From Antedon mediterranea (Eukaryota; Animalia; Echinodermata), in NCBI RefSeq assembly GCF_964355755.1, contig NC_092676.1, positions 12,092,671 to 12,156,670 of the forward strand: a stretch of 64,000 nt of DNA, written 5' to 3'. The notes under the pieces were generated by a model, which was not told the origin of the DNA, ran no database searches, and was given only the letters and a program-made list of their open reading frames with translations. Made by a program: the position numbers and the translations under genes. Below are positions 13,001-26,600 of the stretch, piece after piece. Each line of letters begins with the position of its first letter. Position 1 is the stretch's first letter.

Positions 13001-16000
13001 GGTTATCCGCAGCGCAAAGGCCACGTGCACGTCATACGTTAAATTATTGCGCGCAGAAAAACGATTAAGTAATTGAAACAATTTCAGCGTGCTCTTTATT
13101 TTTCGTCACGTCTGAGTATATACGGTATACACTATATACTGTATACGTACTACATACAGTGCAGAATAGGTGAAAATAAGTGACCAAAGTTATTGACGCT
13201 TTTGAACATGATGACGTCATCACAATTTTTAAAATGGTGAATCGTGCGAAAGATAATTGATAGACCTAGACAACATAAAAAATGGGGGGAAATGGAATAC
13301 AAATAAGTGGAGATGCGCTATATTAAATGTGACGAGCTACGAGGAAAGAGACAAAAATCCTATATTTTATATTCGAGTGGCCATATGATGACGTCACAAT
13401 GTCCGGTTAGCCATATTGATACATGATTTGATATCTGCAACTCATCTACTACCAGAATATGTAATTATAAAAAAGTTCACCACGTAGTTTAGAATTTATG
13501 ACTGTTTAAAAAAAGGCATAATTTTGACTAATTTTTGAACTTTTTCATCAAAAATGCGCGTAAATTGTTTAATTCTACGTGCTCGTATGACGTGATTTTA
13601 AGTTGAAATTGTTTGAAAGTTGGTAAATTTTCTAAAAAAGACAGGAAAAACAAAAATCAAGCAAAAAAATGATGTTTTTGCGCTACGTGCACACGTGCGC
13701 GTAAAAAAATTGCGCACGCGTGGGAATTTTTGAAATGCTCAAAATGACATGAAACGCGTAGAAAGTTGACTAGATATTGATTTTTCGCAATTTGAAAATT
13801 TAAACGCGCGTGCGCGCGTAACTTTTTGTAAAACATGCCATTTTTAATCCATAGAAAGTTTGCGCATTATATGACTTAAATGTTCACCAAGTTTCAATAC
13901 AAAATGAATTTTAGTTTTTAATCTATGATCAATCATTGAAATTCACAAAATCGCGCGTAACTTACGCTGCGCGACTCAAAATTCATAAAAAAAGTTTCTT
14001 GCACATCTACAGCTACAGGGCAATCTTATGACAAAGTTATACAGTCATTTGTTAGCCAGAATTAGAGATATGCTTGCAACAAAATTCATGGAAAGAAAGA
14101 AGAATATCGAAAAAAAAAAAAAAAAAAAAAAAAAAAGATCCTGACAATAACAAGAGGTTATCCGCCAAGTGCGGATAACCAAAAAAAAGAGAAAAAAAAA
14201 AAGAAAAAAAAAAAAGATCCTGACAATAACAAGGGGTTATCCGCCAAGTGCGGATAACCAACTAGATTTGAACTCGTCACTACGGACGAGTTAGGTTATC
14301 CGCAGAGCAAACGCCACGTGCACGTCATACGTTAGGATATTGCGCAGAGAAAACCATTATGCCATTGAAAAAAATGTTAGTGAGCCCTCTATTTTGTGTC
14401 ACGTCTAAGTATATACGGTATACGCTATACTGTATACGTACTACATACAGTTCAGAAAAGGTGAAAATAAGTGACCAAAGTTATTGACGCTTTTGCAAAT
14501 GATGACGTCATAACAATCTTAAAAATTGTTAACCATGCGAAAGATAATTGATTGACCTAGAAAATATAACAAAATGGGGAGAAATGGAATACGGATAAGT
14601 AGAGATGCGCTCTATTAAATGTGATGAGCTATGCGAAAGAGACAAAAATCCTATATTTTATATTCCAGTGGCCATACGATGACGTCACAATGTCCGGTTA
14701 GCCATATGGATGCATGATTTGATATCTACAACTCATCTACATTTAGAATATGTAATTTTAAAAAAGTTCACCACGTAGTTTAGAATCTATGACTGTTTAA
14801 AAAAAGGCATAATTTTGACAAATTTTTGAACTTTTTCATCAAAAATGCGCGTAAATTGTTTAATTCTACGTGCTCGTATGACGTGATTTTAAGTTGAAAT
14901 TGTTTGAAAGTTGGTAAATTTACTAAAAAAGACAGGAAAAACAAAAATCAAGCAAAAAAATGATGTTTTTGCGCTACGTGCGCACGCGCGCGTAAAAAAA
15001 TTGCGCACGCGTGGGAATTTTTCAAATGCTCAAAATGACATGAAACGCGTAGAAAGTTGATTAGAAATTGATTTTTCGCATTTTGAAATTTTAAACGCGC
15101 GTGCACGCGTAACTTTTTGTAAAACATGCCATTTTTAATCCATAGAAAGTTTGCGCTTGATATGACTTAAATTTTCACCAAGTTTCAATACAAAATGACT
15201 TTTGATTTTTAATCTATGATCAATCATTGAAATTCATAAAATTGCGCGTAACTTACGCTGCGCGACTCTAAAGTTAAAAAACGAAACGTCCTGCACATCT
15301 ACAGCTAGAGGTCAATCTTATGACAAAGTTACACAATCTTATATTGGCCAGAATTAGAGATACGCTGCGAACAAAATTCCGGGAAAGAAAGAAGAATAAG
15401 ATAGAAAAAAAAAAAAAAGAAAAAAAAAGATCCTGACAATAACAAGGGGTTATCCGCCAAGTGCGGATAACCAACTAGACTTGAACTCGTCACTTCGGAC
15501 GAGTTAGGTTATCCGCAGCGCAAAGGCCACGCGCACGCCACACGTCAGAATATTGCGCGCAGAAAAACGATTATGCCATTGAAAAAAAATTTAGTGCGCT
15601 CTCTATTTTGCGTCACGTATAAGTATATACGGTATACGCTATATACTGTATAGGTACTACATACAGTGCAGAATAGGTGAAAATAAGTGACCAAAGTTAC
15701 TGACGCTTTTGCACATGATGACGTCATAGAAATTTCAAAAAATGTGAATCATGCGAAAGATAATTGATTGACCTAGACAATATAAAAAAATTGAGGGAAA
15801 TGGAATACGGATAAGTGGAGATGCGCTTTATTAAATGTGACGAGTTATGACGAAAGAGAAAAAAATACTATATTTTATATTCGAGTGGCCATACGATGAC
15901 GTCATAATGTTCGGTTAGCCATATCGATGCATGATTTGATATTTACAACTCATCTACTTCCAGAATCTGAAATTTTAAATATTTTCACCTCGGAGTTTAG

Positions 16001-17775
16001 AATCTATGACTTTTTAAAAAAAGGCATAATTTTCACAAATTTTTGAACTTTTTCATCAAAAACGCGCGCAAATTGTTCAATTCTACGTGCTCGTATGACG
16101 TGATTTTAAGTCGAAATTGTTTGAAAATTGGTAAAATTACTAGAGAAGGCTGAAAAAACAAAAATCAAGCAAAAAAAACATGTTTTTGCGTTACGTGCGC
16201 ACGCACGCGTAAAAATATTGCGCACGCGTGGGAATTTTTGAAATGCTAAAAATGACATGAAACGCGTAGAAAGTTGATTAGAAATGAATTTTGCGCATTT
16301 TGAAATTTTGAACGCGCGTGCGCGCGTAACTTTATGTAAAACATGCCATTTTTAATCCATAGAAAATTTGCGCATGATATAACTTAAATTTTCACCAAGT
16401 TTCATTAGAAAATGACTTTTGGTTTTTATTCTATGATCAATCATTGAAATTCATAAAATCGCGCGTAACTTACGCTGCGCAAATCCGAATTCGTCCAAAA
16501 GCTTGGCTGCACATCTACAGCTATAGGTCAATCTTATGACAAAGTTATACAATTTTATGTTGGCCAGAATTAGAGATAGGCTGCGAACAAAATTCGTGGA
16601 AAGAAAGAAGAACATAGAAAAAAAACTAGATTTGAACTCGTCACTACGGACGAGTTAGGTTATCCGCAGTGCAAAAGCCACGTGCACGTCATACGTTAGA
16701 ATAGTGCGCGCAAAAAAATAAAACGATTATGGCATTGAAAAATGTTAGTGCGCTCTCTATGTTGCGTCGCGTCTAAGTATATACGGTATAACACTATATA
16801 CTGTATACGTACTACATACAGTGCAGAATAGGTGAAAATAAGTGACCAAAGTTATTGACGCATTTGAATATGATGACGTCATCACAATTTTTAAAATGGT
16901 GGATCATGCGAAAGGTAATTGATTGATCTAGACAATATAAAAAAATTGAGTGAAATGGAATAAGGATAAGTAGAGATGCGCTCTATTAAATTGACGAGCT
17001 ATGACGAAAGAGAAAAAAATCCTATATTTTATATTCGGGTGGCCATACGATGACGTCACAATGTCTGGTTAGCCATATCAATGCATGATTCGAGAAAAAC
17101 AACTCATCTACTTCCAGAATCTGAAATTTTAAATATTTTCACCTCGGAGTTTAGAATCTATGACTGTTTTAAAAAAGGCATAATTTTGACGAATTTTTGA
17201 ACTTTTTCTTCAAAAACGCGCGCAAATTGTTCAATTCTACGTGCTCGTATGACGTGATTTTAAGTCGAAATTGATTGAAAATTGGTAAATGTACTAGAAA
17301 AGGCTGAAAAAACAAAAATCAAGCAAAAAAAAGATGTTTTTGCGCTACGTGCGCACGCGCGCGTAAAAAAATTGCGCACGTGTGGGAATTTTTGAAATGC
17401 TCAAAATGACATGAAACGCATAGAAAGTTGATTAGAAATTGATTTTTCGCATTTTGAAATTTCAAACGCGCGTGCGCGCGTAACTTTTTGTGAAACATGC
17501 CATTTTTAATCCATAGAAAGTTTGCGCATGATCTCACTTAAATTTTCACAAAGTTTCAATACAAAACAACTTTTAGTTTTTATTCTATGATCAATCATTG
17601 AAATTCATAAAATCGCGCGTAACTTACGCTGCGCAACTCCAAAATCGTCCAAAAGCTTGGCTGCACATCTACAGCTATAGGTCAACCTTATGACAAAGTT
17701 ATACAATCTTATGTTGGCCACAAGATAGAGATGTGCTGCGAACAAAATTCGGGGAAAGAAAGAAGAATAACATAG

Positions 17776-17809
<34 letters not shown>

Positions 17810-20800
17810 TCCTGACAATAACAAGGGGTTATCCGCCAAGTGCGGATAACCAAAAAAAAGATCCTTACAATAACAAGAGGTTATCCGCCAAGTGCGGATA
17901 ACCAACTAGATTTGAACTCGTCACTACGGACGAGTTAGGTTATCCGCATCGCAAAACCCACGCGCATGACACCTAAGTTAGAATATTGCGCGCAGAAAAA
18001 CGATTATGCCATTGAAAAAATGTTAGTGAGCCCTCTATTTTGTGTCGCGTCTAAGTGTTTACGGTATACACTATATACTGTATACGTACTACGTACAGTG
18101 CAGAATAGGTGAAAATAAGTGACCAAAGTTATTGACGCATTTGAACATGATGACGTCATCACAATTTCAAATATGGTGAATCATGCGAAAGATAATTGAT
18201 TGATCTAGACAATATAAAAAAATTGAGTGAAATGGAATACGGATAAGTGGAGATGCGCTCTATTAAATTTGACGAGCTATGACGAAAGTGAAAAAAATCC
18301 TATATTTCATATTTGAGGGGCCAAAGGATGACGTCACAATGTCCGGTTAGCCATATCAATGCATGATTCGAGAAAAACAACTCATCTACTTCCAGAATAT
18401 GTAATTTTAAAAAAGTTCACCACGTAGTTTAGAATTTATGACTGTTTAAAAAAAGGTCTAATTTTGACAATTTTTTGAAGTTTTTCATCAAAAACACGCG
18501 CAAATTATCCAATTCTACGTGCTCGTGTGACGTGATTTTAAGTCGAAATTGATTGAAAATTCATAAATTTACTAGAAAAGGCTGAAAAAACAAAAATCAA
18601 GCAAAAAAAAGATGTTTTTGCGCTACGTGCGCACGCGCGCGTAAAAAAATTGCGCACGAGTGGGAATTTTTGAAATGCTCAAAATGACCTGAAACGCATA
18701 GAAAGTTGATTAGAAATGGATTTTTCGCAATTTGTAATTTTAAACGCGCATGCGCGCGTAACTTTTTGTGCAACCTGCCATTTTTAATCCATAGAAAGTT
18801 TGCACCTAATATAACTTAAATTTTCACCAAGTTTCAATACAAAATGACTTTTGGTTTTTAATCTATGATCAATCATTGAAATTCATAAAATCGCGCGTAA
18901 CTTACGCTGCGCGACTCAAAATTCATAAAAAAAAGTTTCATGCACATCTACAGCTACAGGGCAATCTTATGACAAAGTTACACAATCTTATGTTAGCCAG
19001 AAGATAGAGATATGCTGCGAACAAAAATCGTGGAAAGAAAGAAGAAAATAGAAAAAAAAAGAGAAAAATAAAAAAAAAAAAAAAGATCCTGACAATAACA
19101 AGGGGTTATCCGCCAAGTGCGGATAACCAAAAAAAAAAAAAGAAAAAAAAAAAGATCCTGACAATAACAAGAGGTTATCCGCCAAGTGCGGATAACCAAC
19201 TAGACTTGAACTCGTCACTACGGACGAGTTAGGTTATCCGCAGCGCAAAGGCCACGTGCACGTCATACGTTAGAATATTGCGCGCAGAAAAACGATTAAG
19301 GCATTGAAACAATTTTAGTGTGCTCTCTATTTTTCGTCACGTCTAAGTATATACGGTATAACACTATATATTGTTTACCTACTACATACAGTGCTGAATA
19401 GGTGAAAATAAGTGACCAAAGTTATTGACGCTTTTGAACATGATGACGTCATCACAATTTTTCAAATGGTGAATCGTGCGAAAGATAATTGATTGACCTA
19501 GACAACATAACAAAATGGGGGGAAATGGAATACGGATAAGTGGAGATGCGCTCTATTAAATGTGATGAGCTATGCGAAAGAGACAAAAATCCTATATTTT
19601 ATATTCCAGTGGCCATACGATGTGCTCACAATGTCCAGTTAGCCATATGGATGCATGATTTGATATCTGCAACTCATCTAAATTCAGAATATGTAATTTT
19701 AAAAAAGTTCACCACGTAGTTTAGAATCTATGACTGTTTAAAAAAAGGCATAATTTTGACACATTTTTGAACTTTTTCATCAAAAATGCGCGTAAATTGT
19801 TTAATTCTACGTGCTCGTATGACGTGATTTTAAGTTGAAATTGTTTGAAAGTTTGTAAATTTGCTAAAAAAGACAGGAAAAACAAAAATCAAGCAAAAAA
19901 ATGATGTTTTTGCGCTACGTGCGCACGCGCGCGTAAAAAAATTGCGCACGCGTGGGAATTTTTGAAATGCTCAAAATGACATGAAACGCGTAGAAAGTTG
20001 ATTAGAAATTGATTTTTCGCATTTTGAAATTTTAAACGCGCGTGCACGCGTAACTTTTTGTAAAACATGCCATTTTTAATCCATAGAAAGTTTGCGCTTG
20101 ATATGACTTAAATTTTCACAAAGTTTCAATACAAAATAACTTTTGATTTTTAATCTATGGTCAATCATTGAAATTCATAAAATCGCGCGTAACTTACGCT
20201 GCGCGACTCTAAAGTTAAAAAACGAAACGTCCTGCACATCTACATCTAGAGGTCAATCTTATGACAAAGTTACACAATCTTATATTGGCCAGAATTAGAG
20301 ATACGCTGCGAACAAAATTCCGGGAAAGAAAGAAGAATAAGATAGAACTAGATTTGAACTCGTCACTTCGGACGAGTTAGGTTATCCGCAGCGCAAAGGC
20401 CACGTGCACGTCATACGTTAGAATATTGCGCGCAGAAAAACGATTATGCCATTGAAATAATGTTAGTGCGCTCTCTATTTTGCGTCACGTCAAAGTATAT
20501 ACGGTATACACTATATTCTGTATACGTACTACATACAATGCAGAATAGATGAAAATAAGGGACCCAAGTTATTGACGCTTTTGGACATGATGACGTCATC
20601 ACAATTTAAAAAATGGTAGATTATGCGAAAGATAATTGATTGGCCTAGACAATATAACAAAATGGGGGGAAACGGAATACGGATAAGTGGAGATGCGCTC
20701 TATTAAATGTGATGAGCTATGCGAAAGAGACAAAAATCCTATATTTTATATTCGAGTGGCCATACGATGACGTCACAATGTCCAGTTAGCCATATCGATG

Positions 20801-22963
20801 CATGATTTGATATTTACAACTAATCTACTTCCAGAATCTGAAATTTTAAATATTTTCACCTTGGAGTTTAGAATCTATGACTTTTTAAAAAAAGGCATAA
20901 TTTTCACAAATTTTTGAACTTTTTCATCAAAAACGCGCGCAAATTGTTCAATTCTACCTGCTCGTATGACGTGATTTTAAGTCGAAATTGTTTGAAAGTT
21001 GGTAAAATTACTAGAGAAGGCTGAAAAAACAAAAATCAAACCAAAAAAAGATGTTTTTGCGCTACGTGCGCACGCGCGCGTAAAAATATTGCGCACGCGT
21101 GGGAATTTTTGAAATGCTCAAAATGACATGAAACGCGTAGAAAGTTGATTAGAAATGAATTTTGCGCATTTTAAAATTTTGAACGCGCGTGCGCGCGTAA
21201 CTTTATGTTAAACATGCCATTTTTAATCCATAGAAAGTTTGCGCATGATATAACTTAAATTTTCACCAAGTTTCAATAAAAAATGACTTTTGGTTTTTAA
21301 TCTATGATCAATCATTGAAATTCATAAAATCGCGCGTAACTTACGCTGCGCGATTCGAAATTAAAAAAAAAAAGTTTGTTGCACATCTACAGCTACAGAG
21401 CAATCTTTTGACAAAGTTATACAATCATATGTTGGCCAAAATTAGAGATACGCTGCGAACAAAAATCGTGGAAAGAAAGAAGAACATAGAAAAAAAAAAA
21501 GAAAAAAAAAAAGATCCTGACAATAACAAGGGGTTATCCGCCAAGTGCGGATAACCAAAAAAAAAAAAAAGAAAAAAAAAAAAGATCCTGACAATAACAA
21601 GAGGTTATCCGCCAAGTGCGGATAACCAAAAAAAAAAGAAAAAAAAAAAGATCCTGACAATAACAAGAGGTTATCCGCCAAGTGCGGATAACCAACTAGA
21701 TTTGAACTCGTCACTACGGACGAGTTAGGTTATCCGCAGTCCTAAAGCCACGTGCACGTCATACGTTGGAATATTGCGCGCAGAAAAACGATTATGCCAT
21801 TGAAAAAATGTGAGTGCGCTCTCTATTTTTTGTCACGTCAAAGTGTATACGGTATACACTATATACCGTATAAGTACTACATACAGTTCAGAATAGGTGA
21901 AAATAAGTGACCAAAGTTATTGAGGCTTTTGCACATGATGACGTCATAACAATTTTTAAAATGGTGAATCATGCGAAAGATAATTGATTGACATAGGCAA
22001 TATAAAGAAATGGAGGGCAATGGAATACGGATAAGTGGAGATGCGCTCTATTAAATGTGATGAGCTATACGAAAGAGAAAAAAATCCTATATTTTATATT
22101 CGAGTGGCCATACGATGACGTCACAATGTCCTGATAGCCATATTGATACATGATTCGATATCTACAACTCATCTACTACCAGAATATGTAATTATAAAAA
22201 AGTTTACCACGTAGTTTAGAATCTATGACTGTTTAAAAAAAGGCATAATTTTCACAAATTTTTGAACTTTTTCATCAAAATTGCGCGCAAATTGTTTAAT
22301 TCTACGTGCTCGTATGACGTGATTTGAAGTCGAAATTGATTTAAAATTGATAAACTTACTAGAAAAGGCTGAAAAAACAAAAATCAAGCAAAAAAAAGAT
22401 GTTTCTGGGCTACGTGCGCACGCGCGCGTAAAAAAATTGCGCACGCATGGGAATTTTTCAAATGCTCAAAATGACATGAAACGCGTAGAAAGTTGATTAG
22501 AAATTGATTTTTCGCATTTTGAAATTTTAAACGCGCGTGCACGCGTAACTTTTTAACAAACATGCCATTTTTAATCCATAGAAAGTTTGCGCTTGATATG
22601 ACTTAAATTTTCACCAAGTTTCATTACAAAATGACTTTTGATTTCTAAGCTATGATCAATCATTGAAATTCATAAAATCGCGCGTAACTTACGCTGCGCG
22701 ACTCTAAAGTTAAAAAACGAAACGTCCTGCACATCTACAGCTAGAGGTCAATCTTATGACAAAGTTACACAATCTTATATTGGCCAGAATTAGAGATACG
22801 CTGCGAACAAAATTCCGGGAAAGAAAGAAGAATAAGATAGAAAAAAAAAAAGAAAAAAAAAGATCCTGACAATAACAAGGGGTTATCCGCCAAGTGCGGA
22901 TAACCAAAAAAAAAAAAGATCCTGACAATAACAAGAGGTTATCCGCCAAGTGCGGATAACCAA
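4100..22963 (-). mobile_element. Tandem array of ~15 non-autonomous Helentron-associated elements (HINE/DINE-1-like), ~1.15-1.3 kb each (first full unit ~1.6 kb)
   Basis: On the minus strand a unit reads TT-GGTTATCCGC-ACTTG-GCGGATAACC (5' subTIR forming a hairpin), a poly-T tract, the body, GCGGATAACC (3' subTIR), the stem-loop AACTCGTC-CGTAGT-GACGAGTT, and CAAATCTAG-T. CTAG ends lie at 5428, 7032, 8183, 9343, 10669, 11817, 12969, 14262, 15475, 16626, 17906, 19200, 20348 and 21696. No coding capacity. Confidence 0.85.
5252..5427 (-). repeat. Three stacked copies of the ~45-bp HINE terminal module separated by A-tracts (first of nine termini clusters with 1-3 copies)
   Basis: GATCCTGACAATAACAAG(A/G)GGTTATCCGCCAAGTGCGGATAACCAA; perfect 10-bp stem with a 5-nt loop. 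Confidence 0.9.
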
Positions 22964-23219
22964 CTAACTGTAAACATCGAAGTTGCATCTGGATATTCAA
23001 AATTGTTAACATAATTACATTAACGGTAGGTGATTCATAAATGTTTATGAATTGTACACAAATATTAACGAAGGCTTATTATTATAAGGCTTGCACTTGT
23101 TGGTATTTTTTCCGTTGAATTACCGTAGTGGATTGCATGCATTGCGTGGATTGCGTGCATTATGCCTGCATTGCGTGCCTCGTTGACTCGCACTTTGGCA
23201 ACACTCCAATTCTGGGCTC

Positions 23220-23649
23220 TATTTTCATTATTAGCTCTGCCCCAAACATGGTGGGCTAGTAGGCCTACTGGAGACCTAATATTTAATTTCATATTTCAAT
23301 GATTAGGTGCACTTTCCGGGGACAAGCTCTATTGTCCTTGTTAGTCTTATATATTTTGTTTCATATAATTTCAAATCATGTAAAGTACCAATTTCAGGCG
23401 GGAGTCTGTGCAACTCTATTTTTTTTTTATTTTAAACAGTTTGGTATGCCGTCGTGGTTGTTATGCAAATGAGCTTGTGCACGTGTATTATGGGGAAGAT
23501 AATATGTTAATCATTAGCGGTCAACACGCAACACTGCTAAATTTTGATGATGTTAATATTTACATTAGAATATTGTTCAAATCATGTAAATAAAACATTT
23601 TCCGGGCGGGAACTCAGCAGCTCTCGAAAAGAACTCCAGGTGGAAAAGA
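23220..23649 (+). repeat. Block X, copy 1 (non-satellite block duplicated at 43554-43976)
   Basis: Near-identical to copy 2 from TATTTTCATTATTAGCTCTGCCCC to GAACTCCAGGTGGAAAAGA. Confidence 0.92.
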
Positions 23650-23659
23650 GAAGAGAAGA

Positions 23660-26600
23660 GAGAACTCAAACCTGAGCATTCCCGGTTACGCTTCAACCAC
23701 TGAGTGATGAGATGAGTGAAGAGCTGATAATAGTCTATTTATATGAAATGAATGATCAATCAATGAAAAATAATGTTATGCAACTTTGTTTCTGATTTTA
23801 AAAAAGGCCCACTTGTTTAGGCCTGACATTTACAACTATAACAATATCTCACTTTCAAAAACAATATTTATTATAAAAAAAAGAAAACAAGAAAAGCAAT
23901 ATCCCTAGAAGTTGGAACCCGCTACTGAGAGCACGCAAACCTGGGTATTACCCGTTACGCCACAAACCAGTAGATGACTGAACAGCTGATAATATGAAAT
24001 TAATGATCAATCAATGAAAAATAATTCCATGCAACTTTGTTTCTGATTTTAAAAAAGGTCCACTTCTTTAGGCCTGACATTTACAACCCTCAAAATATCT
24101 CACTTTCAAAAACAATATTTATTTTCAATTAAAAAAAAAAAGAAAAAAATATTCCTAGAGGTTCGAACCCACTACTGAGAGAACTCAAACCTGAGCATTA
24201 CCGGTTACGCCACAACCCAGTAGATGACTGAAGAGCTGATAATAGTCTATTTATATGAAATAAATGATTAATCAATGAAAAATAATGTTATGCAACTTTG
24301 TTTCTGATTTAAAAAAAAGTCCACTTGTTTAGGCGTGACATTTACAACTATAACAATATCTCACTTTCAAAAACAATATTTATTTTCAAATAAAACAAAA
24401 ATGAAAAAAATATCCCTAGAAGTTCGAACCCACTGCTGAGAGCACTCAAACCTGAGCATTACCCGTTACGCCACAAACCAGCAGATAACAGAAGAGCTGA
24501 TAATAGTCTATTTATATGAAATGAATGATCAATCAATAAAAAATAATGCCATGCAACTTTGTTTCTGATTGAAAAAAAGATCCGTTTGTTTAGGCCTGAC
24601 ATTTACAACCCTCAAAATATCTGATTTTCAAAAAAAAAATTTATTTTCAATAAGAAAAAAAAAGCAATATCCCTAGAGGTTGGAAACCGCTACTGAGAAC
24701 ACTCAAACCTGGGTATTACCCGTTACGCCACAAACTAGTAGATGACTGAAGAGCTGATAATATGAAATTAATGATCAATCAATGAAAAATAATGCCATGC
24801 AACTTTGTTTCTGATTTTAAAAAAGGTCCACTTCTTAGGCCTGACATTTACAACCCTCAAATTATCTCATTCTCAAAAAAAAATATTTATTTTCAATAAT
24901 AAAAAAAAAGCAATATCCCTAGAGGTTGGAACCCGCTACTAAGAGCACTCAAACCTGGGTATTTCCCGTTACGCCACAAACCAGTAGATGACTGAAGAGC
25001 TGATAATATGAAATTAATGATGAATCAATGAAAAATATTGCCAGGCAACTTTGTTTCTGATTTTAAAAAAGGTCCACTTGTTTAGGCCTGACATTTATAA
25101 CCCTCAAAATTTCTCACTTTCAAAAACAATATTTATTTTCAATAAAAAAAACAAGAAAAAAAATACCCGATTAGGATCGAACCCACTGCTAAGAGCACTC
25201 GAACCTGAGCATTACCCGTTACCCCACAAACCAGTAGATGACTGAAGAGCTGATAATAGTTTATTTATATGAAATGAATGATCAATCAATGAAAAATAAT
25301 GCCATGGAACTTTGTTTCTGATTGAAAAAAAGATCCGTTTGTTTAGGCCAGACATTTACAACTATAACAATATCTCACTTTCAAAAACAATATTTATTTA
25401 AAAAAAAAAAAAAAAAAGCAATATCCCCAGAAGTTGGAACCCGCTACTGAGAGCACTCAAACCTGGGTATTACCCGTTACGCCACAAACCAGCAGTAGAT
25501 GACTGAAGAGCTAAGGAATATGAAATTAATGATCAATCAATGAAAAATAATGCCATGCAACTTTGTTTCTGATTTTAAAAAAGGTCCACTTCTTTAGGCC
25601 TGACATTTACAACCCTCAAAATATCTCACTTTCAAAAACAATATTTATTTTCAATTAAAAAAAAAAAGAAAAAAATATTCCTAGAGGTTCGAACCCACTA
25701 CTGAGAGAACTCAAACCTGAGCATTACCGGTTACGCCACAACCCAGTAGATGAGTGAAGAGCTGATAATAGTCTATTTATATGAAATAAATGATTAATCA
25801 ATGAAAAATAATGTTATGCAACTTTGTTTCTGATTTTAAAAAAGATCCATTTGTTTAGGCCTGACATTTACAACCCTCAAAATATCTCATTCTCAAAAAA
25901 AATATTTATTTTCAATAAGAAAAAAGAAAGCAATATCCCTAGAGGTTGGAACCCGCTACTACGAGCCCTCAAACCTTGGTATTACCCGTTACGCCACAAA
26001 CCAGTAGATGACTGAAGTGCTGATAATATGAAATTAATGATCAATCAATGAAAAATAATGCCATGCAATTTTGTTTCTGATTTTAAAAAAGGTCCACTTC
26101 TTTAGGCCTGACATTTACAACCCTCAAAATATCTCATTTAAAAAAAAAAAATTATTTTCAATTAAAAAAAAAAAGAAAAAAGAAATATCCCTAGAGGCTC
26201 GAACCCACTACTGAGAGCACTCAGACCTGAGTATTACCCGTTACGCCACAAACCAGTAGATGACCGAGGAGCTGATAATAGTCTATTTATATGAAATGAA
26301 TGATCAATCAATGAAAAATAATGTTATCAAACTTTGTTTCTGATTTTAAAAAAGGTCCACTTCTTTAGGCCTGACATATACAACCCTCAAAATATCTCAT
26401 TTTCAAACAAAATATTTATTTTCTATTAAAAAATAAAGCAAAAAGAAATATCCCTAGAGGTTCGAACCCACTACTGAGAGCACTCAGACCTGAGTATTAC
26501 CCGTCACGCCATAAACCAGTAGATGACTGAGGAGCTGATAATAGTCTATTTATATAAAATGAATGATCAATCAATGAAAAATAATGCCATGCAACTTTGT

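Noticed and set aside
5252-22963. Palindromic ~45-bp direct repeats resembling CRISPR repeats
   Set aside because: The intervening sequences are A-tracts or copies of the same 1.2-kb body, not unique spacers. There are no cas genes, the context is eukaryotic, and the repeats are explained as HINE termini.
5099-23012. Recurrent short ORFs (MVIRTWRIT..., GYPHLADN..., poly-Phe)
   Set aside because: Translations of the terminal module and T-tracts; the frame changes with homopolymer length.
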